A stretch of 64,000 nucleotides of DNA, taken from positions 2,131 to 66,130 of the IMG/VR virus record IMGVR_UViG_3300010413_001187, one strand, 5' to 3'. The position numbers were made by a program, and so were the translations under genes. The stretch is from a virus (Duplodnaviria > Caudoviricetes). Shown here one piece after another: positions 31,078 to 40,409 of this stretch. Under the pieces are notes generated by a model. That model worked only from the letters and a program-made list of their open reading frames with translations. It made no database searches and had not been told where the DNA came from. Each line of letters begins with the position of its first letter. The stretch's first letter is position 1.

Positions 31078-32301
31078 ATGGCTAGAGGTAAGAAAAAAGA
31101 GGAACCAAAGAAAGAGAAAAAGAAAGAAGAAAAGGGAGAGGAAATAATTACTCCTGAACAACATTTTCAAATGGCTGCTGCAGCGGCAGCAACCAACTTT
31201 TCTGATGCATTTCAAGCATTCATATATGAATCGGATAAACTTAAGCAACACTATTATGATACAGGTTCTGTCAGTTTAAATACGGCTTTGGGTGGTTATG
31301 GTGTACCACAAGGCAGGATAGTGGAAATATGGGGACCAACTGGCGGAGGAAAGACTAGCTTAGCTTTAGAGATTGCTTGGCATATCCAAAACATTACTAA
31401 TAAGGGTGTAGTATTTGTGGATATTGAGCATAAATTTGACACAGATTTATTTGATCAATGGAAAGGTGGATTTAATCGTAATATGACCTATTACATAGAA
31501 CCATGGACAGGTGAACAAGCATTAGATGTCATTAAATCATTTCTGCAATCTCCTGGGGTTGGGGCTATCATTTTAGATAGTGTTGGCGCGTTAATGCCAG
31601 CAGCGTTTATGGATGGTGAATCTAATCAAATGGCACAACAAGCTAGTTTAATCAGAGATAAACTACCTACCATTACAGCTTTAGCTTCAAGGGCAGGAGT
31701 GACTATCTTGGCAGTAAACCAGGTTAGAGCTAAACTGGAGTTAATACAAAATAAAGGCGGTAAGCAGCCTAGAGGTAGGTTCAGATTAAAGAAAACTGGT
31801 GGTTATGCTTTAGAACATTGGATTTGTGTCTCTATGTATATGGATAAAAATAGTTCAAAAACTTTTGAGGCAAAAGAAAAAGGATTATTAACAGACGGTA
31901 TTAGAGATTTAGGACATTGGGCTAAAATTTACATAGAAAAGAATCATGCTGGGCCAACGTTATTAAAAGAATTGGATCTATGCTTAATGTATGGTTATGG
32001 ATTTGATATGTTTGCAGACTTGGTGGATAGAGCAGTATCTGTTGGTATAATTGTAAAAAGTGGGGCATGGTATGCTATTGATGATATAAAAATACAAGGA
32101 TTATCTAATTTTATTGAAGCATTACGTACGAGACCAGATCTTAAAGAGAAAATAATCACAGAAATGAAAACTATGCAATTAGCATCTATAAATACTCAAG
32201 ATTTGGGCACTGTAGATACAGCAAATTCTATAGGTGGAGCAGAGGGAATAGAAATAGATGAAACTTCTGTGACTACTGAAATGGTTATAGCAAATGACTA
32301 A
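31078..32301 (+). CDS. recA: RecA recombinase (divergent)
   Basis: TGSVSLNTALGGYGVPQGRIVEIWGPTGGGKT, FVDIEH, IILDSVGAL, NQVR, TGGYALEH, KSGAWY. Confidence 0.92.
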   Translation: MARGKKKEEPKKEKKKEEKGEEIITPEQHFQMAAAAAATNFSDAFQAFIYESDKLKQHYYDTGSVSLNTALGGYGVPQGRIVEIWGPTGGGKTSLALEIAWHIQNITNKGVVFVDIEHKFDTDLFDQWKGGFNRNMTYYIEPWTGEQALDVIKSFLQSPGVGAIILDSVGALMPAAFMDGESNQMAQQASLIRDKLPTITALASRAGVTILAVNQVRAKLELIQNKGGKQPRGRFRLKKTGGYALEHWICVSMYMDKNSSKTFEAKEKGLLTDGIRDLGHWAKIYIEKNHAGPTLLKELDLCLMYGYGFDMFADLVDRAVSVGIIVKSGAWYAIDDIKIQGLSNFIEALRTRPDLKEKIITEMKTMQLASINTQDLGTVDTANSIGGAEGIEIDETSVTTEMVIAND

Positions 32302-32656
32302 TTTTGAATCGGTTATAAAAAAACAGTTAAAGGAATTATTTCCTCACGCTGGATTAAAAGAGCAGTACCATATCAAGAAAAAAGGTATGGATCTTTATTT
32401 TGATTTTTATTTACCTCATATAAACTTATTGATAGAGTGCCAGGGAGAACAACATTATAAATTCATATCACATTTTCATGCAGATAAAAAAGATTTCCAA
32501 TCTTATCAATACAGAGATGAATTGAAAAAAGAATGGGCTGAGGAAAATGAAAAATTATTGTTGGAAATAAAATATGATGATATACCATCCAATAAAAGTA
32601 ATTTATTTTGGAAAATAAATAAGGTAATAGAGCATGCTAGAAAAGGAACATCTTAG
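32294..32656 (+). CDS. PD-(D/E)XK / Vsr-like (DUF559-type) endonuclease
   Basis: LYFDFYLP..NLLIECQGEQHY...RDELKKEWA...LLEIKY. Confidence 0.75.
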   Translation: MTNFESVIKKQLKELFPHAGLKEQYHIKKKGMDLYFDFYLPHINLLIECQGEQHYKFISHFHADKKDFQSYQYRDELKKEWAEENEKLLLEIKYDDIPSNKSNLFWKINKVIEHARKGTS

Positions 32657-33113
32657 ATCATTTTTAGATGAATTCTTACAATATTATCCAGATCCATATG
32701 GGCTAGTGGCTAAAAGTTATACTCCAGATTTTTTAGTCTCACTTGGTATTCAACCCTATCAGCAACTAATTGTAATCGCTGATGCTCTAGCACAGTTCGT
32801 TGCTCATATAAGGTTCTATGGGAACCAGAAATATTCTGAGTTGTCTGTACTGAAGAGTCAGTTCGAAAAACAACTGGCCATCACGGTGTCGGATATCTCA
32901 GCTCAAGAAAAGATAACTGATCGAACACCCAGCCAGTTCAGGTTTGCAAAAGCTCTGAAAGCAAATCCTACACTGTCTGATTTATATGATCGTATAATAG
33001 AACTAGAAAAACAAGCTAGATTATATGATTATATGCCTGATGCCATTAGAGAACATTTGAACATTATTAAATTAGAAATAAAAACGAGACAAGAACAAAG
33101 GAATTTTGATTAA
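32634..33113 (+). CDS. Helical hypothetical protein (possibly a UvsY-like recombination mediator)
   Basis: 159 aa, coiled-coil-like, lies between recA and the helicase; function inferred from size and context only. Confidence 0.4.
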   Translation: MLEKEHLRSFLDEFLQYYPDPYGLVAKSYTPDFLVSLGIQPYQQLIVIADALAQFVAHIRFYGNQKYSELSVLKSQFEKQLAITVSDISAQEKITDRTPSQFRFAKALKANPTLSDLYDRIIELEKQARLYDYMPDAIREHLNIIKLEIKTRQEQRNFD

Positions 33114-34558
33114 TGGATAGCTTGCACGCTGAAAGAGCTATACTAGCTAGTGTCTTACAAAAACCTGATCTATTGATAGATCTAGATATAGATGGTCGCA
33201 CCAAGCTAACAACATTTCGATCTCCTGTTAATCGGACTATTCTGTCTGTTATAGTTAAACTATATAACGATGGATACAGAGTTTTTGATAGAGAGCTATT
33301 ATATAATAAAACTCTTATGTATCCTTCAGAAGGATATGATTTTCAACAGCTTCAACTATATATTAATTCCCTTTTTAATTCGGACATTAGTAGTGTAAAT
33401 TTTCATAAATATCTGGATGAAATAACAGAGGCTTATTTAAAAGAAGAAACTAAAAATATCTTAGTCACAAATTTACAGGCTCTAAATGAGAAGGGAATAA
33501 CAACATCTACTAGTAATTTAGTGGAAAACGTTCAAACCCAATTATATGAATTAAGGGCGGGAATTAATAGATCTGATGACCCAAGAGATATAACTAAGGG
33601 CATAGGAGAAGTAATATATAAAAGATTAGAGGGAGGAGATTCTAATTATGGTATTCCAACAGGTATTAGTTTATTAGACGATGCTACCTTAGGCTATCTA
33701 CCAAAGAAATTTTATTTTGTCTCTGCTAGGCCAGGTGAAGGTAAATCAGCTTTTTTATTACAAAGTGCGGCCCACGCTGTATTTTTTGCTAAACGTAATA
33801 GAACCAGAGTACTTTATTTAGATACAGAAATTTCTGAAGAAGAATTTCAAATGAGATTGATAGGTCATATTGCTGGTGTAAATGTTCTTGATATAATGAA
33901 GGGAGATTGGGCTACAGATAAAAGAACTTCAGATAATATAAACTATGCAATACAATTAGTACAAAATGTTGGTGGATTATACCACAAATATATACCTGGA
34001 TTTACTCATGGCCAAGTAATAAATTTTATGAAGAAGTTTGTTTATAATGAGGGCGTCGGAATGGTAATTGTTGACTATCTAAAGATGCCTAGTGGCGGTG
34101 GGGACCAGGAAGAACGTTGGCAAAAGATTGGTGACCTGTCCAGAGCCTTAAAAGATCATGCTGGTTTGCTGGATATACCTGTTATCACAGCTTTACAGCA
34201 GAATAAGAAAGGAATAGATCAAAGCCGCGTTACAGCTGATGCTAATGCAGAAAGTGACGATCCATTTAAAGAAGCTGATGGTCAATTTGCATTGAATTGG
34301 AAGACAGCAAAAGAAATAAATGAAGAAGGAATAGAAGCTGGAACTCATAGATTACAGATTCTAAAGGGTAGATATTTCAGAACAAACTGGAGTGGTATAA
34401 ATCTTAGATTCATAGGATATTGCATGAGATTTTTACCAGCTCAAATGCAAGCATTGGAGGACAGACCGGATGATGCAACAGCCTATGTATCAGAGGAAGG
34501 CGCACACAAACAATTACCGGAGGCGTTCATTGACTACGCAGGGCCTCTCAGAGCCTAG
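33113..34558 (+). CDS. dnaB: Replicative DnaB-like helicase
   Basis: AERAILAS N-terminus, GIPTGISLLD, Walker A ARPGEGKS, VIVDYLK, LSRALK..A..LDIPVI. Confidence 0.92.
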   Translation: MDSLHAERAILASVLQKPDLLIDLDIDGRTKLTTFRSPVNRTILSVIVKLYNDGYRVFDRELLYNKTLMYPSEGYDFQQLQLYINSLFNSDISSVNFHKYLDEITEAYLKEETKNILVTNLQALNEKGITTSTSNLVENVQTQLYELRAGINRSDDPRDITKGIGEVIYKRLEGGDSNYGIPTGISLLDDATLGYLPKKFYFVSARPGEGKSAFLLQSAAHAVFFAKRNRTRVLYLDTEISEEEFQMRLIGHIAGVNVLDIMKGDWATDKRTSDNINYAIQLVQNVGGLYHKYIPGFTHGQVINFMKKFVYNEGVGMVIVDYLKMPSGGGDQEERWQKIGDLSRALKDHAGLLDIPVITALQQNKKGIDQSRVTADANAESDDPFKEADGQFALNWKTAKEINEEGIEAGTHRLQILKGRYFRTNWSGINLRFIGYCMRFLPAQMQALEDRPDDATAYVSEEGAHKQLPEAFIDYAGPLRA

Positions 34559-35555
34559 AATTGATAGAGATTTGGTTGATTATATCAAGCAGATTGCTGA
34601 TCCTATTTCTATTGCCTATAGTTTAGGGATATCTCTTGATAAGAGGAATAGAGCAGCATGTCCTATTCATGGTGGAGATAATAGAACAGCATTCTCTATA
34701 GACGAAAAGACAGGCAGATGGGCTTGTTTTTCTCATGGTTGCCATAATGGACGTAGTGACATGGTAGGATTAGTAATGCTTATGAGAAGATGTACTTTTG
34801 TAGAAGCTATACAATTCATGGCTGCAGTGGTTGGTGTTAATTTAGAAGCAGATCATGATGAAGAAATAACTAAAGCATTATTAAAAAAAGACACAAACGA
34901 TTTTATAAGAAGATCTAGTAACTCGCGTGCAGATGATGAATTATCATTTAAGTTCGAGGAAGAAATCTATTATATGCAACAATATAGAACTGATTATTTT
35001 TATAAACAAGGATATTCAAAAGCTATTTTAGATTATTTTGAGGTAGGACACGGCAAAGACAGATTCGGTATACCTAGAGAATACTTCCCCCTCAGAAATA
35101 AAGATGGTATGATTGTTGCTATGGATGGAAGAAGGACAGATGGTGACGGTGAGCCACGATATTCCATATGGCCACCAGGATTTAATAAAGGATCCATATT
35201 GTACCATTATGATAGAGCAAAAGATTATATACAGACATTTAAAAATATATTATTAATCGTAGAAGGTTATAAAGCTTGTTGGTCTATGGTACAGGCTGGC
35301 TTTATGAATACAGTCGCAGCAATGGGTGCTGGATTAACAAAAGAACAACCTAGATTAATATTAGAGAACATTAATATAGAGAAAGTTGTCTTAATATTTG
35401 ACGGCGATGAAGCGGGTAGAAATGCCACTGTTAGAAATAAAAGAGAATTGGGACATATATGTAATATTGAATCAATACATATGCCAGATGATCAAGATCC
35501 TAGCACATTAGACATACAAACCCTTAGACAATTAATTTATAAATATATTCAGTAG
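34470..35555 (+). CDS. dnaG: DnaG-type DNA primase (CHC2 zinc finger + TOPRIM)
   Basis: CPIH...WACFSHGC; IVEGY; IFDGDEAG; DQDP; GGAGG RBS upstream of the ATG at 34470. Confidence 0.9.
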   Translation: MMQQPMYQRKAHTNNYRRRSLTTQGLSEPRIDRDLVDYIKQIADPISIAYSLGISLDKRNRAACPIHGGDNRTAFSIDEKTGRWACFSHGCHNGRSDMVGLVMLMRRCTFVEAIQFMAAVVGVNLEADHDEEITKALLKKDTNDFIRRSSNSRADDELSFKFEEEIYYMQQYRTDYFYKQGYSKAILDYFEVGHGKDRFGIPREYFPLRNKDGMIVAMDGRRTDGDGEPRYSIWPPGFNKGSILYHYDRAKDYIQTFKNILLIVEGYKACWSMVQAGFMNTVAAMGAGLTKEQPRLILENINIEKVVLIFDGDEAGRNATVRNKRELGHICNIESIHMPDDQDPSTLDIQTLRQLIYKYIQ

Positions 35556-35564
35556 GAGAAGAAA

Positions 35565-36236
35565 ATGGAATACGAAGTGGTGAATCAAAATTATCAGCCA
35601 CAACAAGAGATGTATACGCCTGATGGTCAGACGTATGTACCTAATCAAGATCAATCGGGGTATCAACAACCACCCCAGGCACCGCCACAGTCATATCCAC
35701 AAGGGGCTCCTCAAGCGGCACCGCCTCAGGCACCGCCTCAGGCACCGCCTCAGGCACCTCCTCAACAGCAGCCTGGGTATCAAACGCCTCAACAGCATTA
35801 TCAACAAAATCCCCAGGCGTATGGCAGTGGGCAACCTCAAGGTTATCAGGCACCCCCTGTACAAAAAAGACCAACTCAGAGCGGGCAACCAGTACAAAGT
35901 ACTAATTTAGTTATCCTTGAAGGTTATATGAATAATATCAATCACCGTGTATTACCTAGTGGCACTAGTCGTTTGGGTTTTCATGTGATTATAGAGGTTC
36001 CGGTATTTCAACAAGGACAACAACAAGTAAATCCACAAACGGGACAACCTGTAACCAGAGATGTAAAATATAGATGTCAAGCTTGGGGCAATGTAGCTGA
36101 TGGTCTAGCACAATGGCCTGAAGGTACGCCTGTAAAAATTACTGGATCTCTAAATAGATGGAGCATGCAAGATACTAATACTGGTCAAACAATATGGTAT
36201 ACCGATGTGAAAGTAAATAGATATGATATATTGTAA
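35565..36236 (+). CDS. ssb: Single-stranded DNA-binding protein with an N-terminal Q/P-rich disordered region
   Basis: C-terminal OB fold NLVILEGY...CQAWGNVAD...GTPVKITGSL...YTDVKV. Confidence 0.8.
   Translation: MEYEVVNQNYQPQQEMYTPDGQTYVPNQDQSGYQQPPQAPPQSYPQGAPQAAPPQAPPQAPPQAPPQQQPGYQTPQQHYQQNPQAYGSGQPQGYQAPPVQKRPTQSGQPVQSTNLVILEGYMNNINHRVLPSGTSRLGFHVIIEVPVFQQGQQQVNPQTGQPVTRDVKYRCQAWGNVADGLAQWPEGTPVKITGSLNRWSMQDTNTGQTIWYTDVKVNRYDIL
35718..35765 (+). repeat. 12-bp tandem repeat GCACCGCCTCAG (3 perfect copies + 1 degenerate), encoding (APPQ)n
   Basis: Read directly from the sequence. Confidence 0.95.
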
Positions 36237-36252
36237 TTGGAGTTAATTTTTA

Positions 36253-37029
36253 ATGGATCCATATGAGATTTTGGGTGTCTCAAAAAATGCTTCACCAGAA
36301 GAGATTAAAAAAGCCTACAGGAGATTAGCATTAGAGACACATCCCGATAGAAATAAAGGGGATAAACAGGCTGAAGAAAAATTTAAAGAAATAGGGCGCG
36401 CTTGGGAGATACTTTCTGATCCTAAAAAGAAAGCCGAGTATGATAATCCAGGTGCGCCTTTTGGTTTTTCTTTTTCTTTTGGATTTGATTCTATTTTTAA
36501 TAGACCACCACCTCCCCCACCACCACGAAGGGGAACAATTGTTGGTAGGCCTGTTCAATTAACAGTAGATGTATCAGTTTTCGATATTCTTTTACAAAAT
36601 ACCCTACATATAAAATACAAAAAATTGGTACCATGTGTTTCATGTGAAGGCCATGGGGCCGATCTTAAACAATGTACTAAATGTGGTGGTTATGGATTAG
36701 TGAGAGAGGTGCAAGAGCGCGGAAGACAGCGGATGATAAGAGATTATCCCTGTGATGAATGTGGCCAGAGAGGGTTTGTTCAAGAGTTTGCTTGTGAAGA
36801 CTGTAAAGGAACAGGATTAACTACAGCTGAAATAGATTTTACTTTTGCTTTAACCTCTGGAAAATCAGAATATGTAATTCCAGACGAAGGAAATCATGGT
36901 CCATATGGTGGACCTCCAGGAGCTTTGATATTACAAGTGAATATAGTATATCCAGAATCACAGAAAATTAATGAAGAGGCTAAGAAACATATAAAAGAAG
37001 CAATGGATATAATATATAAGAAGGAGTAA
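36253..37029 (+). CDS. dnaJ: DnaJ-like chaperone (J domain + zinc finger, shortened C-terminus)
   Basis: DPYEILGV...HPDRN; four CxxCxxxG repeats ([32 protein letters not shown]). Confidence 0.88.
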   Translation: MDPYEILGVSKNASPEEIKKAYRRLALETHPDRNKGDKQAEEKFKEIGRAWEILSDPKKKAEYDNPGAPFGFSFSFGFDSIFNRPPPPPPPRRGTIVGRPVQLTVDVSVFDILLQNTLHIKYKKLVPCVSCEGHGADLKQCTKCGGYGLVREVQERGRQRMIRDYPCDECGQRGFVQEFACEDCKGTGLTTAEIDFTFALTSGKSEYVIPDEGNHGPYGGPPGALILQVNIVYPESQKINEEAKKHIKEAMDIIYKKE

Positions 37030-37032
37030 ATT

Positions 37033-37590
37033 TTGGAAAGAGTTCTAGCAATAGATGGGGCTCTAAATCATAGTGGATGGGCGATATTAGAGGATACAGG
37101 AAAGGGCAAAGATGAAATAATAGCAAAACAATATGGTATTATAAAGCCTAAAGCTACAATGTCTTTGGGATTTAAGCTATTTTATATTCGCACAGAACTT
37201 AACAGCCTATTCAATAAATATAAGCCCACTATAATAGTTTTTGAAGATACTTATGCAGGTAAAAATGCTAAGACAAACGCTAGATTAAATAATGCAAAGG
37301 GAGTTTTTTATGTAACAGCATATGAATTACTTAAAGGTAATGAACCAGCGTATGTTAGTTCAGTAGAAGCTCGTAGATGTCTTGGCTTTAAGAATAATAA
37401 AAATGAACCATATGAGTTTTTCAAAAAAATGTATGGTTTAAAAGAGTCTTTTGAAAAAGCTAATGATATTACAGATGCTATGACAGTGGGTTTTTGGTAT
37501 TTATATGATAAAAATGGAGACTGTGCTTCTAATAAAAAAGAAAAAAAGAAGAAGTCTACTAAACAGAGATCAACCAAAAAGAAGAGATGA
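37033..37590 (+). CDS. ruvC: RuvC-like Holliday junction resolvase
   Basis: VLAIDGALNHSGWA, IVFED, DITDA; TTG start with AAGGAG RBS. Confidence 0.85.
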   Translation: MERVLAIDGALNHSGWAILEDTGKGKDEIIAKQYGIIKPKATMSLGFKLFYIRTELNSLFNKYKPTIIVFEDTYAGKNAKTNARLNNAKGVFYVTAYELLKGNEPAYVSSVEARRCLGFKNNKNEPYEFFKKMYGLKESFEKANDITDAMTVGFWYLYDKNGDCASNKKEKKKKSTKQRSTKKKR

Positions 37591-37832
37591 ATGAGCTAGA
37601 TCAGTATATAACCTCATATAATAAAAGTAGAAAACGAGAAAAATCTGGTAGGACTATTGGATTGTGGCTTACAGGCGGTGAAAGAATAATAGGAGAACTT
37701 GTGAGGCATGAGACTAATAAATTATATGTTAAAGACTGGTTAGACCATGGTATAGAGAAAGAAATCCATAGAGCGACAGTAGCGAGATTCATGATTATAA
37801 TAGAGGGAGGAATGGATGGAAAAGAAGAGTAG
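37587..37832 (+). CDS. Sm/Hfq-like small protein
   Basis: 'TIGLWLTGGERIIGELVRHETNKLYVKD...EIHRATVARFM' aligns by eye with the Hfq Sm1/Sm2 pattern. Confidence 0.5.
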   Translation: MNELDQYITSYNKSRKREKSGRTIGLWLTGGERIIGELVRHETNKLYVKDWLDHGIEKEIHRATVARFMIIIEGGMDGKEE

Positions 37833-39249
37833 CAATATGATGCGTGGAACATCAATAGTAACACCAGCGGGAGTACCGATTAGGTCTTTTAATACGCAGG
37901 TAGCAGAAGGTACACCGATGGTGGATATGGAATCAACCAAAGAAGATCCAGGAAAGAAAATCAGACTGGTTTATTATGGTGATGCTCCTAGTGTAGCAAC
38001 AGGGTTTGGGAAGGTATCTAAAAATATTCTAGGACCTTTATATCAGACTGGCAAATATGAGATATTTTGTTTTGGAGTAAATTATATGGGAGTCCCGCAT
38101 CCTTTCCCATTTCAAATTTACCCTATGTTACCTAATCCTCAAGGGGATCCATATGGAAGAGAAAAAGTTAAACAAATAATTCCACAAATGGAATTTGATT
38201 TATTGTTTATGTTACAAGACTCATTTATTATGACTTTCATACCAGATCTGGTAAATGATCTTAAAAGAAGAGGAAAACCATTCCGCTCAGTAGTCTATTT
38301 TCCTATAGATGGTGAGCCGGAAGCAGATTGGATAGAAGCTATGTCACATGCAGATGTTTGTGTGACATATACAGAATTTGGGCGAAAACAATGTATAACT
38401 AAATACCCACCCATAGCAGAAAAATTACAAATCATACCTCATGGTATAAGCTTAAAAGAATTTTATCCTAAACCACCAGAAGAAATAAAAAGGATGAGAG
38501 AATTTTATTTTGGCTCACATGCTAACAAGTTTATAGTGATGAATGTAAATAGAAATCAGCAAAGAAAAGATATTCCTAGATCAATGGTGGCATTCAGAGA
38601 ATTTAAAAAACAATGTCCTAATAGCCTATACTATTTACATTGTGCAGAAAAAGATGTTGGTTGGGACCTTAGGAAGGTGGCACGTAATATTGGATTGGTC
38701 GTTGGCGAGGATATTATGTTCCCTAAAAATTTTAATGTAAATACAGGGGTACCTGTTTCAGTCGTTAATGATTTATATAATTGTTGCGATGTTGTCATAA
38801 GTACTTGCGTTGGCGAGGGCTGGGGTTTAAGCTCAGTTGAAGCTATGGCTACTGGTACCCCAGCAATTTTTCCGGATAATACATCTTTGACAGAGATTTT
38901 TGCTGATGGAAGAGGATTCTTGTGTAGAAGTGGAGACACTCCAAACTTCTGGACTTTTATGACAATGGATAATGACGTGGCTAGACCCCTAGCTAATATC
39001 AATGATTTGGTTAAATACCTGAAAAGATTATACGAAAAACCTGATATAGGTAGGAAGATGGCACAAAAATCTCTTAGATGGGTACAGGATAATCTACAGT
39101 GGGAAAAGAATATAGTTCCACGGTTTGATAATATATTGATGCAATTATATAATGATCTAAAAAATCCTAAACAGCATGATAGATTGCCTGGAGAAACACC
39201 TGTTAAAGAAGCGGCATCAAAGGGATGGAAGCAAGGAGAGATGATATAA
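37816..39249 (+). CDS. Glycosyltransferase, GT4 (GT-B)
   Basis: DAPSVATGFG, YFPIDG, IPHG, VNRNQQRKD, GEGWGLSSVEAMATG. Confidence 0.9.
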   Translation: MEKKSSNMMRGTSIVTPAGVPIRSFNTQVAEGTPMVDMESTKEDPGKKIRLVYYGDAPSVATGFGKVSKNILGPLYQTGKYEIFCFGVNYMGVPHPFPFQIYPMLPNPQGDPYGREKVKQIIPQMEFDLLFMLQDSFIMTFIPDLVNDLKRRGKPFRSVVYFPIDGEPEADWIEAMSHADVCVTYTEFGRKQCITKYPPIAEKLQIIPHGISLKEFYPKPPEEIKRMREFYFGSHANKFIVMNVNRNQQRKDIPRSMVAFREFKKQCPNSLYYLHCAEKDVGWDLRKVARNIGLVVGEDIMFPKNFNVNTGVPVSVVNDLYNCCDVVISTCVGEGWGLSSVEAMATGTPAIFPDNTSLTEIFADGRGFLCRSGDTPNFWTFMTMDNDVARPLANINDLVKYLKRLYEKPDIGRKMAQKSLRWVQDNLQWEKNIVPRFDNILMQLYNDLKNPKQHDRLPGETPVKEAASKGWKQGEMI

Positions 39250-40409
39250 TGACAGATGACACAAACAGAATAAAAGTAGAATTAAAGGGATTAAAGATTG
39301 TCTCATGTGTTTTTGATGGATCTGGGTATGGGCAGGGTGTAAGAAATTGGATAAAAGGACTACATTCTTTTAATATTCCGATGTATATTCAACCAGTTTC
39401 TTTTGAACGCGATAGACCAGATTTAGGTGAAGATTTTGAGTTATTAGATGGGTTAGCCAGAACTCAAAGACCATGCGATGTAAATTTTGTTCGTCTAAGC
39501 CCAGAAATAGCTATCAATTTCTTGGATCCATCTATGATAAATATCTGTAGTTGTGCTTGGGAGACTACTAAGTTAGACAAACATTGGGTGGATTGTTGTA
39601 ATAAATTTGATGCTGTTTTTGTTGAAAGTAAATGGTTGGTACAGGTATTTAAATCATCGGGGGTTCAGGTTCCTGTATATTGTGTTCCTAATATGGTAGA
39701 TACGTCATTATTTAAAATAAAAACAGAGCCTAATTTGGATAAGACCTATGTGTTTTATTCTATTCAACAATGGATCGAAAGAAAAAATGGGCTAGGGTTA
39801 TTGAAAGCATATTTCAATGCATTCTCACCAGCTGATGATGTACTATTGGTATTAAAAACATATATGACACGGGTAGAAGCTAATATAGAACAAGGACAAA
39901 AGATAAAAGAAGATATAGAGCATATAAAAAGAAGTCTTAATATGGACAAAGAATTCCCTCCTATTTATTTAGTCACAGATAAACTAATGACTGATGATTT
40001 GATTCGAATGCATGAAGAATGTGATTGCTATGTACTATTTGATCGTGGTGAGGGGTTTGGTTTGCCATATATGGATGCGGCAGCAGCTGCAAATCCTATT
40101 ATAAGAACAGATTTTGGTGGCACAGGAGAATTTTTAAACTCTAACAATTCATATGGTACTCGTTGTCAACCAACTTTTGTTTGTAATATGGAATGGTCCC
40201 CATATTATAGGGGAGATCAGTTATGGGCTGAACCTGATATAGTTCATGGCGCTAGTTTAATGAGACATGTTTTTGAGAACAGAGAAGAAGCCTTTAAAAA
40301 AGGCAGGCAAGCCAGAGAAGATATGGAAACAAAATTTAATAGGGATATAATTACTCAGCGTTTATTGAATGCTATATCAGATTTATTGAGATCTAAAAGG
40401 GGTGGATAA
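39249..40409 (+). CDS. Glycosyltransferase, GT4 (GT-B)
   Basis: SGYG, AWET, ERKN...LLKAY, RGEGFGLPYMDA; start placed at the TAATG overlap. Confidence 0.88.
   Translation: MTDDTNRIKVELKGLKIVSCVFDGSGYGQGVRNWIKGLHSFNIPMYIQPVSFERDRPDLGEDFELLDGLARTQRPCDVNFVRLSPEIAINFLDPSMINICSCAWETTKLDKHWVDCCNKFDAVFVESKWLVQVFKSSGVQVPVYCVPNMVDTSLFKIKTEPNLDKTYVFYSIQQWIERKNGLGLLKAYFNAFSPADDVLLVLKTYMTRVEANIEQGQKIKEDIEHIKRSLNMDKEFPPIYLVTDKLMTDDLIRMHEECDCYVLFDRGEGFGLPYMDAAAAANPIIRTDFGGTGEFLNSNNSYGTRCQPTFVCNMEWSPYYRGDQLWAEPDIVHGASLMRHVFENREEAFKKGRQAREDMETKFNRDIITQRLLNAISDLLRSKRGG

Noticed and set aside
34470-34558. Helicase-primase fusion by programmed frameshift
   Set aside because: The primase has its own GGAGG RBS and ATG, and I see no slippery heptamer in the overlap
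31078-35555. Inteins or introns in recA, dnaB or dnaG
   Set aside because: Lengths are normal and the conserved motifs are contiguous
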